A stretch of DNA of 64,000 bases from Candidatus Marinacidobacterales bacterium (GCA_965237955.1 OZ250169.1:1184001-1248000); one strand, 5' to 3'. Shown: positions 52,181-61,678, numbered from the stretch's first letter. The notes: generated from the letters alone by a model not told the origin. Made by a program: numbers and translations.

Positions 52181-54514
52181 ATGACGGCTCTGGCTCCCGG
52201 TCAGATTCTCGGCGAACGCTTCGAACTCATCCGTCGACTCGGCGAAGGAGGGATGGGCGAAGTGTGGCTCGTGGAAGATTTGGAGCTCTCGGATCGTGTC
52301 GTCGCCAAGATGGTGCCGCAGGTTGCGACCGAGGACCATCTCACTCAGCTGCGACGTGAGTGCCGCCACGCGAGAAAACTCGTCCACTCCAATATCGTCC
52401 CCGTCTACGATTTCCATCGCGCTTCCGGCGTTAGCTTCATCACCATGGCCTACGTCGAAGGTTCCGACATCGGCTCGCTGCGCGGTCGCCCGATCGAAGA
52501 CGTTTTGCCACCGTTGATTGCGGTTGCTGGTGCGCTCGTTTATGCCCACGCACGAGGGATCGTCCACCGCGACCTCAAGGTTGCGAACGTGCTGATGGAC
52601 TACACCGGCGAGCCGCAATTGTTGGACTTCGGGATCTCGGGCCTCGTCGCGCAAGAAAGAAGCGTCGACGGCATCAATATTAAGGGCGGAGGCTCCGAAG
52701 GATCGGCGAGCCCGCAACAGCTCGCCGGGGCTTCACCATCGGTGAGAGACGACATCTACGCTTTCGGCGTGCTCGCCAGCGATCTCCTGAGCGGGCAAAA
52801 ACTCCCGATGAAGCTCGACGCGCTCCTTAATGCCGCAATGAATCGCGAGCCGCGACATCGGCCGCAGACCATGTCCGAAGTCAAGAGCGCGCTCGAGACG
52901 ACCCCGAGTGCACTCGACGCGCCAGCGGCGAAAGAAGTCAAGTTGGCACCGCCACCGCGTGTGAGCCGGGTCGATCCGATCGTGCCCGTCGAAGTAGGGG
53001 CTCGCGAAGCGCCGCCAGTCGATGATGTCCCCTCTGTTCGCTTGGAGCGCGACGTCTCTGGAGGCGGCGTCGGAAGCAAAACCTTTGCCGCGTTCGTCGT
53101 GCTGCTCGCGCTCGCCGCCGGTGTTTTCATCGTCCTACCTCGCTGGGTCCCTCGCTTGGTCGACGATTCGGCCTCGCCGGTTGCAGGTGGACAAAATGAA
53201 CGGGCTGAACAGGCTGAACAGGCGGTTGCACCGCCACCGGCGTTGGAGGAAACCGACGTCGACGACGAAATCAATCTCGAAAACCTCGCGCAAAAGATGA
53301 CCGCGGCGGAGAACGTTCGCGCGCGCGCGGTCGCGTTGCGCGAATCCCTAGATGCGCTAAACGCCGGTGTTTGGGGCGGCGATGCCTATCGAGATGCTCT
53401 AGAAGCTCTCACCCGCGGTGAGGAACAGATGGGACGCCGCGCATTCACGGAGGCCGGGGCCAGTTTTCAAGGAGCACTTTCCGAGCTCGAATCGGTTCGT
53501 GCCAGCTCGACCAGCATCGCCGCCGATGCCATCCGGCGCGGACGAGAGGCGCTCGCCGCGGGAAGCTCGACCGAAGCCGAGGACGCGTTTGCACTAGCCC
53601 TCCAGATCCAGCCCTCGAACCCGGGGGCGAAGCGGGGTCGCGCGCGCGCCAAGGTGCTCGACGAGGTAAGAAATCTCGTGGCACGCGGGGAAGAGCTCGA
53701 ACGTCGAGGCGAGCTCGAGGGCGCTGCCGATAGCTACCGCAAAGCGGTAGCGCTCGATGCGCTCGCTCGAGCCGCGCAGCAAGGTCTCGCTCGTATCGAC
53801 TCGAGAGCGTCGGAGGAGGCCTTCACCCGAGCCATGTCCGAGGCGGTCGCAGCGTTAAACCGGCGTGACTTCGAAGTGGCACGCGCCGGCTTCGAGCGAG
53901 CCCGCGCGATCAAGCCCGACGCACCCGGCGTCGCCGATGGGCTCGAGGCCGTCAAGGAAGGGGAGCGAATCCAAGCTATCGCCCTCCACCGTGAAAAAGC
54001 GATGGCCTTCGAAACGCGAGAAGCATGGCGCTCTGCAGAGCAGCAATATCAAGCCGTGCTCGACATGGACGACACCATCCGATTCGCGCAGGAGGGTAAA
54101 GCGCGGGCTCTCGTCCGAGCCGAGCTGTCAGAGAAGCTCGAGTTTCACATCGGCCGTCCGGAGCGGTTGGCCGAAGACAAAGTTCTCGAGGAGGCATCCA
54201 CGGTCCTGGAAAACGCCAGTGCCGTTTTGAACGCTGGTCCCAAGATTGAGGCGCAGATCGCCCGCCTGACGGATCTGGTCGCCGAGTTCTCGACACCGGT
54301 TCAAGTCCGTCTTCTCTCTGACGGAAAGACCGAAGTCGTCGTCTACAAGATCGGAACGCTCGGCAAGTTCGCTACCCACGCGCTCGTGCTCCGTCCGGGC
54401 ACGTACACGGTGGTGGGACGGCGCCAAGGCTTTCGTGATGTGCGATACCGGCTCGTCGTCCACGCCGACACGCCACCGGAGCCACTAGACGTCCGTTGCC
54501 AGGAGGAGATTTGA
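52181..54514 (+). CDS. Membrane Ser/Thr kinase with TPR-like ectodomain and C-terminal beta domain
   Basis: GEGGMGEV, VAK, HRDLKVAN, DFG, DIYAFG; one TM; 'A..AF..AL...P.N' helical repeats. Confidence 0.9.
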   Translation: MTALAPGQILGERFELIRRLGEGGMGEVWLVEDLELSDRVVAKMVPQVATEDHLTQLRRECRHARKLVHSNIVPVYDFHRASGVSFITMAYVEGSDIGSLRGRPIEDVLPPLIAVAGALVYAHARGIVHRDLKVANVLMDYTGEPQLLDFGISGLVAQERSVDGINIKGGGSEGSASPQQLAGASPSVRDDIYAFGVLASDLLSGQKLPMKLDALLNAAMNREPRHRPQTMSEVKSALETTPSALDAPAAKEVKLAPPPRVSRVDPIVPVEVGAREAPPVDDVPSVRLERDVSGGGVGSKTFAAFVVLLALAAGVFIVLPRWVPRLVDDSASPVAGGQNERAEQAEQAVAPPPALEETDVDDEINLENLAQKMTAAENVRARAVALRESLDALNAGVWGGDAYRDALEALTRGEEQMGRRAFTEAGASFQGALSELESVRASSTSIAADAIRRGREALAAGSSTEAEDAFALALQIQPSNPGAKRGRARAKVLDEVRNLVARGEELERRGELEGAADSYRKAVALDALARAAQQGLARIDSRASEEAFTRAMSEAVAALNRRDFEVARAGFERARAIKPDAPGVADGLEAVKEGERIQAIALHREKAMAFETREAWRSAEQQYQAVLDMDDTIRFAQEGKARALVRAELSEKLEFHIGRPERLAEDKVLEEASTVLENASAVLNAGPKIEAQIARLTDLVAEFSTPVQVRLLSDGKTEVVVYKIGTLGKFATHALVLRPGTYTVVGRRQGFRDVRYRLVVHADTPPEPLDVRCQEEI

Positions 54515-56955
54515 CCTCTCCGAAGGGACGTTTCTACATTCGTGAAGCCGATGGCACCCGTCGTCGCGTAGAGACGAGCGCGTTCCCGCTCGCCGTCGGT
54601 GGCACGAATGCTGATATTGCCATCGCCGTTTCCGGTCCGAACGTGGAGCCCCTCGCCCACCTCGCTCTCTCGGACGGCGAAGTATTCCTGCAACCCAACA
54701 TGTCCAACAGGGGGCGCGTTCTTTGTAACGGCGAGCCCGTGGCATCGTCGCAGTGGCTCCGCCACGGCGACGTTTTGTCGATCGGAGGGACCCGCATCGA
54801 AATCGAAGCGCGCGACGGCGGCTTTCGCTTTTGTATCGCGACAGCGGCGGAGAAAACGACCGACCCACCGATTTTGGAGGTCGCGTCAAAAACGCCCCCG
54901 GAACCGCCGAAGGGGGAAACCGTGGAGCCAATCGCGTTCACGCCGAGCTCGCTCGACGACGCGAGACGTCCACGGCGACGGTTGAAAGTTGGGGCGCTGA
55001 TGTTCTGGGGGGCGCTTGTCTTCCTGGGCGCTCTTGCATGGGCTCTATTCAACGCGCGTGGGGTGATGATCGAGATCGATCCGATGCCGGAGAGTGTCGT
55101 CGTAGACGGAAATGCGCTCGTCGTTGAGCTCGGCGGGCGTTTTTGGATGCACCCCGGCGCGTTCACCGTCGTCGCGGAAAAAGAAGGCTACCGGCGGCTC
55201 GAAGCACCCATCGAGGTCGGTGAGCCACGTAGCCAAACGTATGAGTTCTCGATGCAACGGCTTCCGGGGCGGCTCGCCATCACCACCATCCCGAACGAAG
55301 GAGCCGTGATCACGATCGACGGCGCCGAGCTCGGCACTTCCCCACTGCAGCCGGTGCAGCTCGAGCCCGGCGAGCATCAGGTGCTCGTCCGTGCATCCGG
55401 CTATCGCGACTTCCAGACCGAAGTCATGATCGAGGGCGAGGGCACCATCGTGAACCTCGAAGCGTCGCTCGAGCCACGATGGGCGCCGATCACGTTTCAA
55501 TCGAATCCGCCGGGTGCCATGATCCGGGTCGCGGGCAAGCCCCACGGTCCGACGCCGGTCACCGCAAACGTCATCGAAGGCACTCACGACTACGTCGTCG
55601 TTTTGGATGGGTACAAGCCCTACCGCGGCAGCGTGCACGTCGCCGCCGGCCAACCGCAAACGCTGAGCCCGGTGGCGTTGTCGCTCGTCGAAGGCACCAT
55701 CGCCCTTCTCAGTGTTCCCGCGACGGCGAACGTGACCCTCGATGGCGACTATCTTGGGCAGACACCCCTCGATGTCCATCTGACCCCGGGCGAAACGTAT
55801 CAGCTCGAGTTGTCGCGCGCCGGCTATGATCCCGTCACCCAAGAGATTTCGGTGGCGTCCTCGGCGAAGAAGACGATGACGGTTCGCCTCGAGCCTAGAC
55901 TCGGAGAGGTCGCACTCGTCGTCGATCCACCCGATGCCGAGCTCTACATCGACGGCGAGCACCGCGGCGCGGCCAAGCAAGTGTTGAACCTTCCAGCCAC
56001 CTCCCACCGCATCGAGATCAAGAAAGACAAGTACGAGAGCTTCGCCACCGATATCACCCCTCGACCCGGTTTTCCGCAAACGCTCGAAGTCAATCTCAAG
56101 ACCACCGCCGAGATCAAAGCCGCATCGATTCTCCCCGTGATCCAGACGTCCAAAGGACACGAGCTCAGACTCATAACCCCCAAACGCTTCGAGATGGGTG
56201 CATCGCGACGAGAGCCGGGAAGACGGGCGAACGAGTCGCTTCGCACCGTCGAGCTCACGCGCTCGTTCTACCTAGCGACCCGGGAAATCACCAACCGGCA
56301 GTTTCGCGAGTTCAGAAGCGGCCACCGCTCCGGCGCCGTCTCCGGGCACAACCTCGAAGTCGACCATCACCCGGTGGTACGTATCACCTGGCAGGACGCG
56401 GCCGCCTATTGCAATTGGTTGAGCCAACAAGAGTCGCTCCCACCCGCTTACGTCAACGCCGGCGGGAAGCTAATAGGCGCGAATCCGCCGAGAACCGGCT
56501 ATCGGCTTCCCACCGAAGCAGAATGGGCGCAGGCCGCGAGGTATGCTGGGGACACGAAGCTCAAATACCCTTGGGGGAGTGCGCTTCCGGTGGCGCCGGG
56601 CTCCGGCAACTACGCCGATGAGTCCGCGAAAGGTCTGGTGACGGCGACGGTGCCGAATTACAACGACAAGTTCCCGGTCACCGCTCCCGTGGACAGCTTC
56701 TCCGCCAACGAGCTCGGCATGTTCAACCTCGGCGGCAACGTCGCCGAGTGGGTGCACGACCTCTACACGATTTATCCGTCGGGCGCGCGTAAAGTGATGC
56801 AGGATCCCATGGGTCCAACCGAAGGAGAGTTTCATACCATTCGGGGTGCGAGCTGGATGCACGGAAGCGTGACCCAGCTCAGGCTCAGCTTCCGTGACTA
56901 CGGGAACAAACCGCGACCCGACGTCGGATTCAGGATCGCGAGATATTTGGAGTAA
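54511..56955 (+). CDS. FHA-like / TM / multiple PEGA / FGE-sulfatase (SUMF1) domain protein
   Basis: TTG start overlaps kinase stop; 'S.P.GA...DG...G.TP' repeats; 'EITNRQF', 'RLPTEAEW', 'GGNVAEW', 'GFRIARY'. Confidence 0.88.
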   Translation: MTSPKGRFYIREADGTRRRVETSAFPLAVGGTNADIAIAVSGPNVEPLAHLALSDGEVFLQPNMSNRGRVLCNGEPVASSQWLRHGDVLSIGGTRIEIEARDGGFRFCIATAAEKTTDPPILEVASKTPPEPPKGETVEPIAFTPSSLDDARRPRRRLKVGALMFWGALVFLGALAWALFNARGVMIEIDPMPESVVVDGNALVVELGGRFWMHPGAFTVVAEKEGYRRLEAPIEVGEPRSQTYEFSMQRLPGRLAITTIPNEGAVITIDGAELGTSPLQPVQLEPGEHQVLVRASGYRDFQTEVMIEGEGTIVNLEASLEPRWAPITFQSNPPGAMIRVAGKPHGPTPVTANVIEGTHDYVVVLDGYKPYRGSVHVAAGQPQTLSPVALSLVEGTIALLSVPATANVTLDGDYLGQTPLDVHLTPGETYQLELSRAGYDPVTQEISVASSAKKTMTVRLEPRLGEVALVVDPPDAELYIDGEHRGAAKQVLNLPATSHRIEIKKDKYESFATDITPRPGFPQTLEVNLKTTAEIKAASILPVIQTSKGHELRLITPKRFEMGASRREPGRRANESLRTVELTRSFYLATREITNRQFREFRSGHRSGAVSGHNLEVDHHPVVRITWQDAAAYCNWLSQQESLPPAYVNAGGKLIGANPPRTGYRLPTEAEWAQAARYAGDTKLKYPWGSALPVAPGSGNYADESAKGLVTATVPNYNDKFPVTAPVDSFSANELGMFNLGGNVAEWVHDLYTIYPSGARKVMQDPMGPTEGEFHTIRGASWMHGSVTQLRLSFRDYGNKPRPDVGFRIARYLE

Positions 56956-56958
56956 ACG

Positions 56959-57147
56959 ATGAAATGGATGATTTATTCACTCGCTGTGACACTTCTCGCT
57001 AGTGGCTCCCTGGTGGCGAGCTCGACCGCACCAAAAACCTACGAGAGCTCACAAACAGAACCCGAGCCAGATCCCGAGGAAGACGACTTCCTCCCCACTG
57101 AGAAAGTCCCAGCCGATAGCGCCATCTCGTTTCCAGTGGATATTTGA
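56959..57147 (+). CDS. Small secreted protein (62 aa)
   Basis: Signal peptide, acidic linker, C-term 'F.PTEKVPADSAISFPVDI'; fills the operon gap exactly. Confidence 0.7.
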   Translation: MKWMIYSLAVTLLASGSLVASSTAPKTYESSQTEPEPDPEEDDFLPTEKVPADSAISFPVDI

Positions 57148-57945
57148 ATGAAGAAATCGTACCCGGTCGAGTTCGTTTATCAAGCGCTATCTCTCATCGT
57201 CGCGATTATCGTCGTCCACGCCATCTACGTGCTCGTGGTGCGTCCGAAGGCCGACGTCGTTTTCGGCGAGCAGCAAGCGATGATGGAGATCGACCCGAAC
57301 TACGTTCAAGAGCGTTCGGTGTGGGTCATCATCCGTGATTTCGAACAAGAGACGTGCATCGTGCTCATGCTCTGGGCCATGGCGATCATGGTCTACAAAG
57401 GTGTGCTCGTGGCGCGTGAGCATCGCCTCCTCGAGATGGATCTCGTACCGGTGGACGAGGGAACGAAAATTCTCCCGGAGGACGCGCGCGAGTACGCGCG
57501 CCAGATGCAATCCCTGCCGGACTACGAGCAGCGGCTTTTGTTGCCGCGTTCGCTTCTCTCGGCGCTTCACCGCTTCCGCGCGACGCGCAACATTCAAGAC
57601 GTGTCGAACACCGCACACGGCGTGTGTGAAGCCGAATCCGAGCGACTCGAATCAGAGCTTTCGATGGTGCGCTACATCGCATGGGCGATCCCATCGATCG
57701 GGTTCATCGGCACCGTGCGCGGCATCGGTGAAGCGCTCGGCCAGGCGCACAGGGCCGTCGAGGGCGACATCGCCGGCGTGACCCAAAGCTTGGGGGTCGC
57801 GTTCAACTCGACGTTCATCGCGCTCTTGATCAGCATCGTGCTCATGTTCCTGCTCCATCAGCTCCAGTTGCAGCAAGAGCGGTTGGTCCTCGATACCGAA
57901 ACCTACCTCGACCATCATTTGATCCAACACCTCCAGGTTCCCTAG
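57148..57945 (+). CDS. MotA/TolQ/ExbB proton channel family protein
   Basis: 'AIPSIGFIGTVRGI...GV...LGVAFNSTFIAL'. Confidence 0.9.
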   Translation: MKKSYPVEFVYQALSLIVAIIVVHAIYVLVVRPKADVVFGEQQAMMEIDPNYVQERSVWVIIRDFEQETCIVLMLWAMAIMVYKGVLVAREHRLLEMDLVPVDEGTKILPEDAREYARQMQSLPDYEQRLLLPRSLLSALHRFRATRNIQDVSNTAHGVCEAESERLESELSMVRYIAWAIPSIGFIGTVRGIGEALGQAHRAVEGDIAGVTQSLGVAFNSTFIALLISIVLMFLLHQLQLQQERLVLDTETYLDHHLIQHLQVP

Positions 57946-57955
57946 GCGCCTCGAG

Positions 57956-59365
57956 ATGACCGTAGTCGCATTGGAGCTCAACGACGCGGGCATCTCTGCC
58001 GTCTCGGATGGAGCTCCCGATAGTCTCGCCATTCCCGAGAGCCCGGGATACGCGCTCGTTGAAGACGGGAGTGTCGTCACCGGAGTCGATGCCCGTGCTC
58101 GAGCACGGCTCAAGCCACGATTCACCCACACGCGATTCTGGGATGCTCTCGACACGACGCCCTTGTCGCGACCGTTTCCGAACAAGCTGAGTCGAGCCGA
58201 CCTCGCGCACGCCCATCTGAAGCACGTTTGGAAGAGTCTTCAGGATGACGGTGGGGTGGACGAAGCCGTGCTCGCCGTCCCCGGCTGGTACGGATTGGAG
58301 CAGCTGGGCCTCATCCTCGGCATGGCGCGGGCGTGCGACATCTCCGTCAACGGCATGATCGACTCGGCGCTGGCGGCCGCGGCCGGAGTGTCGGGACCGA
58401 GCGCAGCGTCCCCCGTGCACGCCGTCCATCTCGATCTCCATCTCCACCGGTGCTCCGCCGCGAGGATCGTGAGAGAAGATCGCCTCGTTCGCGAAAACAC
58501 CGTCGTCGACGACGACGTTGGTCTGATCCCGCTCTACGATGCTTGGGCCACGCTAGTGGCACAGTCTTTCGTTCGCCAGACGCGCTACGACCCGCTGCAC
58601 TCGGCCGAGAGCGAACAGAAGCTCTACGATCTGCTCCCGGGCTGGCTCGAGACACTGATCGACGACGACGAGGCAACGCTCTCGCTGACGCCAGCCGGAA
58701 AAGAGCTCGCGATCGAGCTCGACCGACGCCAGCTCGTTCACAGCGCAGGCTCGTATTACGAGTCGATCGCGGCGCTCGCAACCTCGGTGATGCCTGCCGA
58801 TGAGCCGGTGATGCTCCTCGTTTCCCATCGTCTCGGCCGACTCCCGGGTCTCGTCGAGAAGCTCTCCCGCGACGTTTCCGACAACCTCGTCCTCCTGCCG
58901 CCCGAAGCGGCAGCCGCGGGCGCGCTCGCCTACGACAGCCACGTCCCGAGCGCTCCGGAGAACGAGGGTTCTCTGACGTTTCTCACCAGCCTCCATCTCG
59001 GCGAAGGCGGCAAACCGCTCGCCGCCGATCCAAGCTTTCACGCAACCAGCGATGATGTGCGCTCGCCCACCCACCTGCTCCACGACGCTTCCGCGTACCC
59101 GCTCGATCCTGAGCCGTTCCTCCTCGGAGTATCCATCCCGGAAGGCAAACGCGGATTGAATCTCGCGGGTGACACCGCCGGGATTTCGCGCTATCACTGC
59201 AGCATCTACCGCATGAACGGACGCATCGTCGTCGAGGATCACAGCAAGTTCGGCTCGTTCGTGAACGGGACACGCGTTCACGAGCGTGCCGCGCTCGCAA
59301 TAGGCGACCGACTACGACTCGGCACGCCCGGTGTCGAAGTGCAGCTCATCGAGGTAGCGGACTGA
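57956..59365 (+). CDS. Degenerate Hsp70/actin-like fold fused to C-terminal FHA domain
   Basis: 'VALELNDAG', 'AVLAVPGWY', 'IDSALAAA', 'VHLDL'; FHA 'ISRYHC...EDHSKFGSFVNG...GDRLRLG'. Confidence 0.7.
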   Translation: MTVVALELNDAGISAVSDGAPDSLAIPESPGYALVEDGSVVTGVDARARARLKPRFTHTRFWDALDTTPLSRPFPNKLSRADLAHAHLKHVWKSLQDDGGVDEAVLAVPGWYGLEQLGLILGMARACDISVNGMIDSALAAAAGVSGPSAASPVHAVHLDLHLHRCSAARIVREDRLVRENTVVDDDVGLIPLYDAWATLVAQSFVRQTRYDPLHSAESEQKLYDLLPGWLETLIDDDEATLSLTPAGKELAIELDRRQLVHSAGSYYESIAALATSVMPADEPVMLLVSHRLGRLPGLVEKLSRDVSDNLVLLPPEAAAAGALAYDSHVPSAPENEGSLTFLTSLHLGEGGKPLAADPSFHATSDDVRSPTHLLHDASAYPLDPEPFLLGVSIPEGKRGLNLAGDTAGISRYHCSIYRMNGRIVVEDHSKFGSFVNGTRVHERAALAIGDRLRLGTPGVEVQLIEVAD

Positions 59366-60456
59366 TGGCGCGGCGACGCATCAACATATTCACGCTCTCT
59401 TTTCTGGACGCGATGATGTGCGGCTTCGGCGCGGTCGTGTTGTTCTTCATGATCATCAACGCGAGCTTCGGAAAAGTGTCGCGCGGGATGACCGGGAAAC
59501 TGCAGGGTGAGGTCACCCGGCTGGAGCAAGAAGTCCTCGAAGGCTACGTCCAGCTCGTCGAGCTCCGGAACTCCTTCGAGGAGATCGACCAGGAAAACGT
59601 CATTGCCGCAGGGTTATCGAGGCGGCTCATCGAGACTCTCACCGTAGTCCAGGAAGAGCTCGCAACCTACGAGAATTCGACGCTCGCAACGCGCGAGCAC
59701 ATTAACAAGCTCAAGACCGATCTGAAGACGCTTGAAGACGGGGTGAAACGGCTGTCGGCTGCGGGCCCGAGTGAGGAGACGCCTGGTGACCGTATCCGCA
59801 CGTTCGTTGGAGACGGCGATCGACAATACCTCACGGGGTTGAAGGTCGGAGGCCGCCGCATCCTCATTCTCGTCGACGTGTCCGCGAGCATGCTCGACGA
59901 GACCATCGTCAACGTCGTGCGCCGCCGCAACCAGTCGGTTGCGATCAAGAGGCGGTCCGAAAAATGGCAGCAGGCGGTCTCCACCGTGGATTGGATCACG
60001 ACCCAGATTCCGACTGACAGTCGGTTTCAAATCTACACGTTCAATACGAGCTCGGCGTCGGTCGTGCCCGGAAAGAACCACGAGTGGCTCGACGCAGGCG
60101 ATCGCGAAGTCCTCGACGAGGCCGTCCAACGCCTCCGCGGCGTCATCCCTAGTGACGGCACCAACCTTTACCGGGCGTTCACGTCGTTCCGCTCGTTGCG
60201 CCCGGCTCCCGACAATATCTACTTGCTCGTCGACGGTCTCCCCACACAAGGCCAACGACCACCGAGACGCGCCACGATCTCCGGAAAAGACCGCGCCAAG
60301 CTATTCAACGACGCCGTCAAAGAGCTACGGGACAACATTTCCATCAACGTGATCTTGTTCCCCATGGAAGGCGACCCCATGGCCGCAAGCGCTTTCTGGA
60401 AGTTGGCCCTGTTCTCGGGTGGCGCCTACATAAGCCCATCGGAGGACTGGCCTTGA
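59365..60456 (+). CDS. TM-anchored coiled-coil vWA protein 1
   Basis: 'SFLDAMMCGFGAVVLFF' TM; coiled coil; MIDAS DVSAS...T...DG. Confidence 0.85.
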   Translation: MARRRINIFTLSFLDAMMCGFGAVVLFFMIINASFGKVSRGMTGKLQGEVTRLEQEVLEGYVQLVELRNSFEEIDQENVIAAGLSRRLIETLTVVQEELATYENSTLATREHINKLKTDLKTLEDGVKRLSAAGPSEETPGDRIRTFVGDGDRQYLTGLKVGGRRILILVDVSASMLDETIVNVVRRRNQSVAIKRRSEKWQQAVSTVDWITTQIPTDSRFQIYTFNTSSASVVPGKNHEWLDAGDREVLDEAVQRLRGVIPSDGTNLYRAFTSFRSLRPAPDNIYLLVDGLPTQGQRPPRRATISGKDRAKLFNDAVKELRDNISINVILFPMEGDPMAASAFWKLALFSGGAYISPSEDWP

Positions 60457-61469
60457 GAAAGAGAAGAAGAAGACGCCGCGATTTCGATGCGTTCAACCTG
60501 TCGTTTCTCGACGTAGTCTGCTGCGGCTTCGGCGCGATCATTCTGCTCCTCGTTCTCACCAAGATCGGTGAGCCCCGCGCTCTCGAGAACATCAAGAGCG
60601 AGCTCGAAGGGCTCGTCGACAAGTTACAAGAAGAGCTCTTCGAGATCCGAGGCGAGACCAACGTTTTCGAGCGGGACCTGAAAACGAGAGTCGAGCAGCT
60701 ATCGACCGAGCGCGACGCCATAGCGCGCCTCCGCGGGGATCTCTCCAAGATTCAGGGCGTATTCGCCGCGACCCAACAACTCTCCGAAGTCAACGACATC
60801 GTCGAAGGACGGCTTCTCGCCGCCCAGCAGGACCTGACCGAGGAGATGAAGAGGTTGCTCGGCCGAAGCTACCGCCGACGTGAGAGCGACTCCACCGTCG
60901 GCGGCATCCCCGTCGACAGCGAGTACATCATCTTCATCATCGATACGTCCGGCAGCATGCGCAACTACGCGTGGCACCTGGTCGTCAAGAAAATGCAAGA
61001 GGTCCTCAACATCTACCCCAAAGTCAAAGGCATCCAGGTCATGAACGACATGGGGCAATACATGTTCGGGAACTATTCGGGGCGGTGGATCCCGGATACC
61101 CCGGGCCGGCGGAAGGTCATCCTCAATCGGCTGCGGAGCTGGGCGCCGTTCAGCAACTCGAGCCCGGTGGAAGGTATCATCCGGGCGATCCGAAGCTTCG
61201 CAGCTCCGGACAAGAAAATTAGCCTCTACGTCTTCGGCGACGATTTCAACGGCGATTCCATCGATCGAGTCGTGGAAACGGTGGATCGCATCAACAAGAG
61301 AGACAAGGACGGCAACCGCCTGGTCCGCATTCACGGCATCGGTTTTCCGGTGTTGTTCTCTCGGATCGGGTTTCAAGAGAACGGGGGTGTACGGTTTGCA
61401 ACGCTGATGCGTTTACTGTGTCGTGAGAACGGTGGCGCTTTTGTGGGATTGGGATCGTTGCGGCGGTGA
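60453..61469 (+). CDS. TM-anchored coiled-coil vWA protein 2
   Basis: 'SFLDVVCCGFGAIILLL' TM; coiled coil; MIDAS DTSGS...S...GD. Confidence 0.85.
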   Translation: MRKRRRRRRDFDAFNLSFLDVVCCGFGAIILLLVLTKIGEPRALENIKSELEGLVDKLQEELFEIRGETNVFERDLKTRVEQLSTERDAIARLRGDLSKIQGVFAATQQLSEVNDIVEGRLLAAQQDLTEEMKRLLGRSYRRRESDSTVGGIPVDSEYIIFIIDTSGSMRNYAWHLVVKKMQEVLNIYPKVKGIQVMNDMGQYMFGNYSGRWIPDTPGRRKVILNRLRSWAPFSNSSPVEGIIRAIRSFAAPDKKISLYVFGDDFNGDSIDRVVETVDRINKRDKDGNRLVRIHGIGFPVLFSRIGFQENGGVRFATLMRLLCRENGGAFVGLGSLRR

Positions 61470-61470
61470 G

Positions 61471-61678
61471 CAGCATTCAGCATTCAGCATCCAGCATTCA
61501 GTACAGCTCGCGAACTTTGCCTTCGGACACTTTGCCCCAAACGCGGAGGAGCATCGCCTTCGGGCAGCGTTCGCTCTGGTTACCTGCGGCACGGTGCTGA
61601 TGGGTACGACGTCATTTACCGGCACGATGCTGGTCTGAACCGGACGCTGGATGCTGAATGCTGGATGCTGAGTGCTGA
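61471..61678. repeat. Inverted pair of heptamer (CAGCATY)n tracts
   Basis: cagcatt/cagcatc x4 at 61471-61501; reverse-complement tract at 61646-61678. Confidence 0.8.

Noticed and set aside
54511-56955. FGE/C-type-lectin-fold domain as a DGR target
   Set aside because: No reverse transcriptase and no template-repeat copy of the 3' end seen in the window
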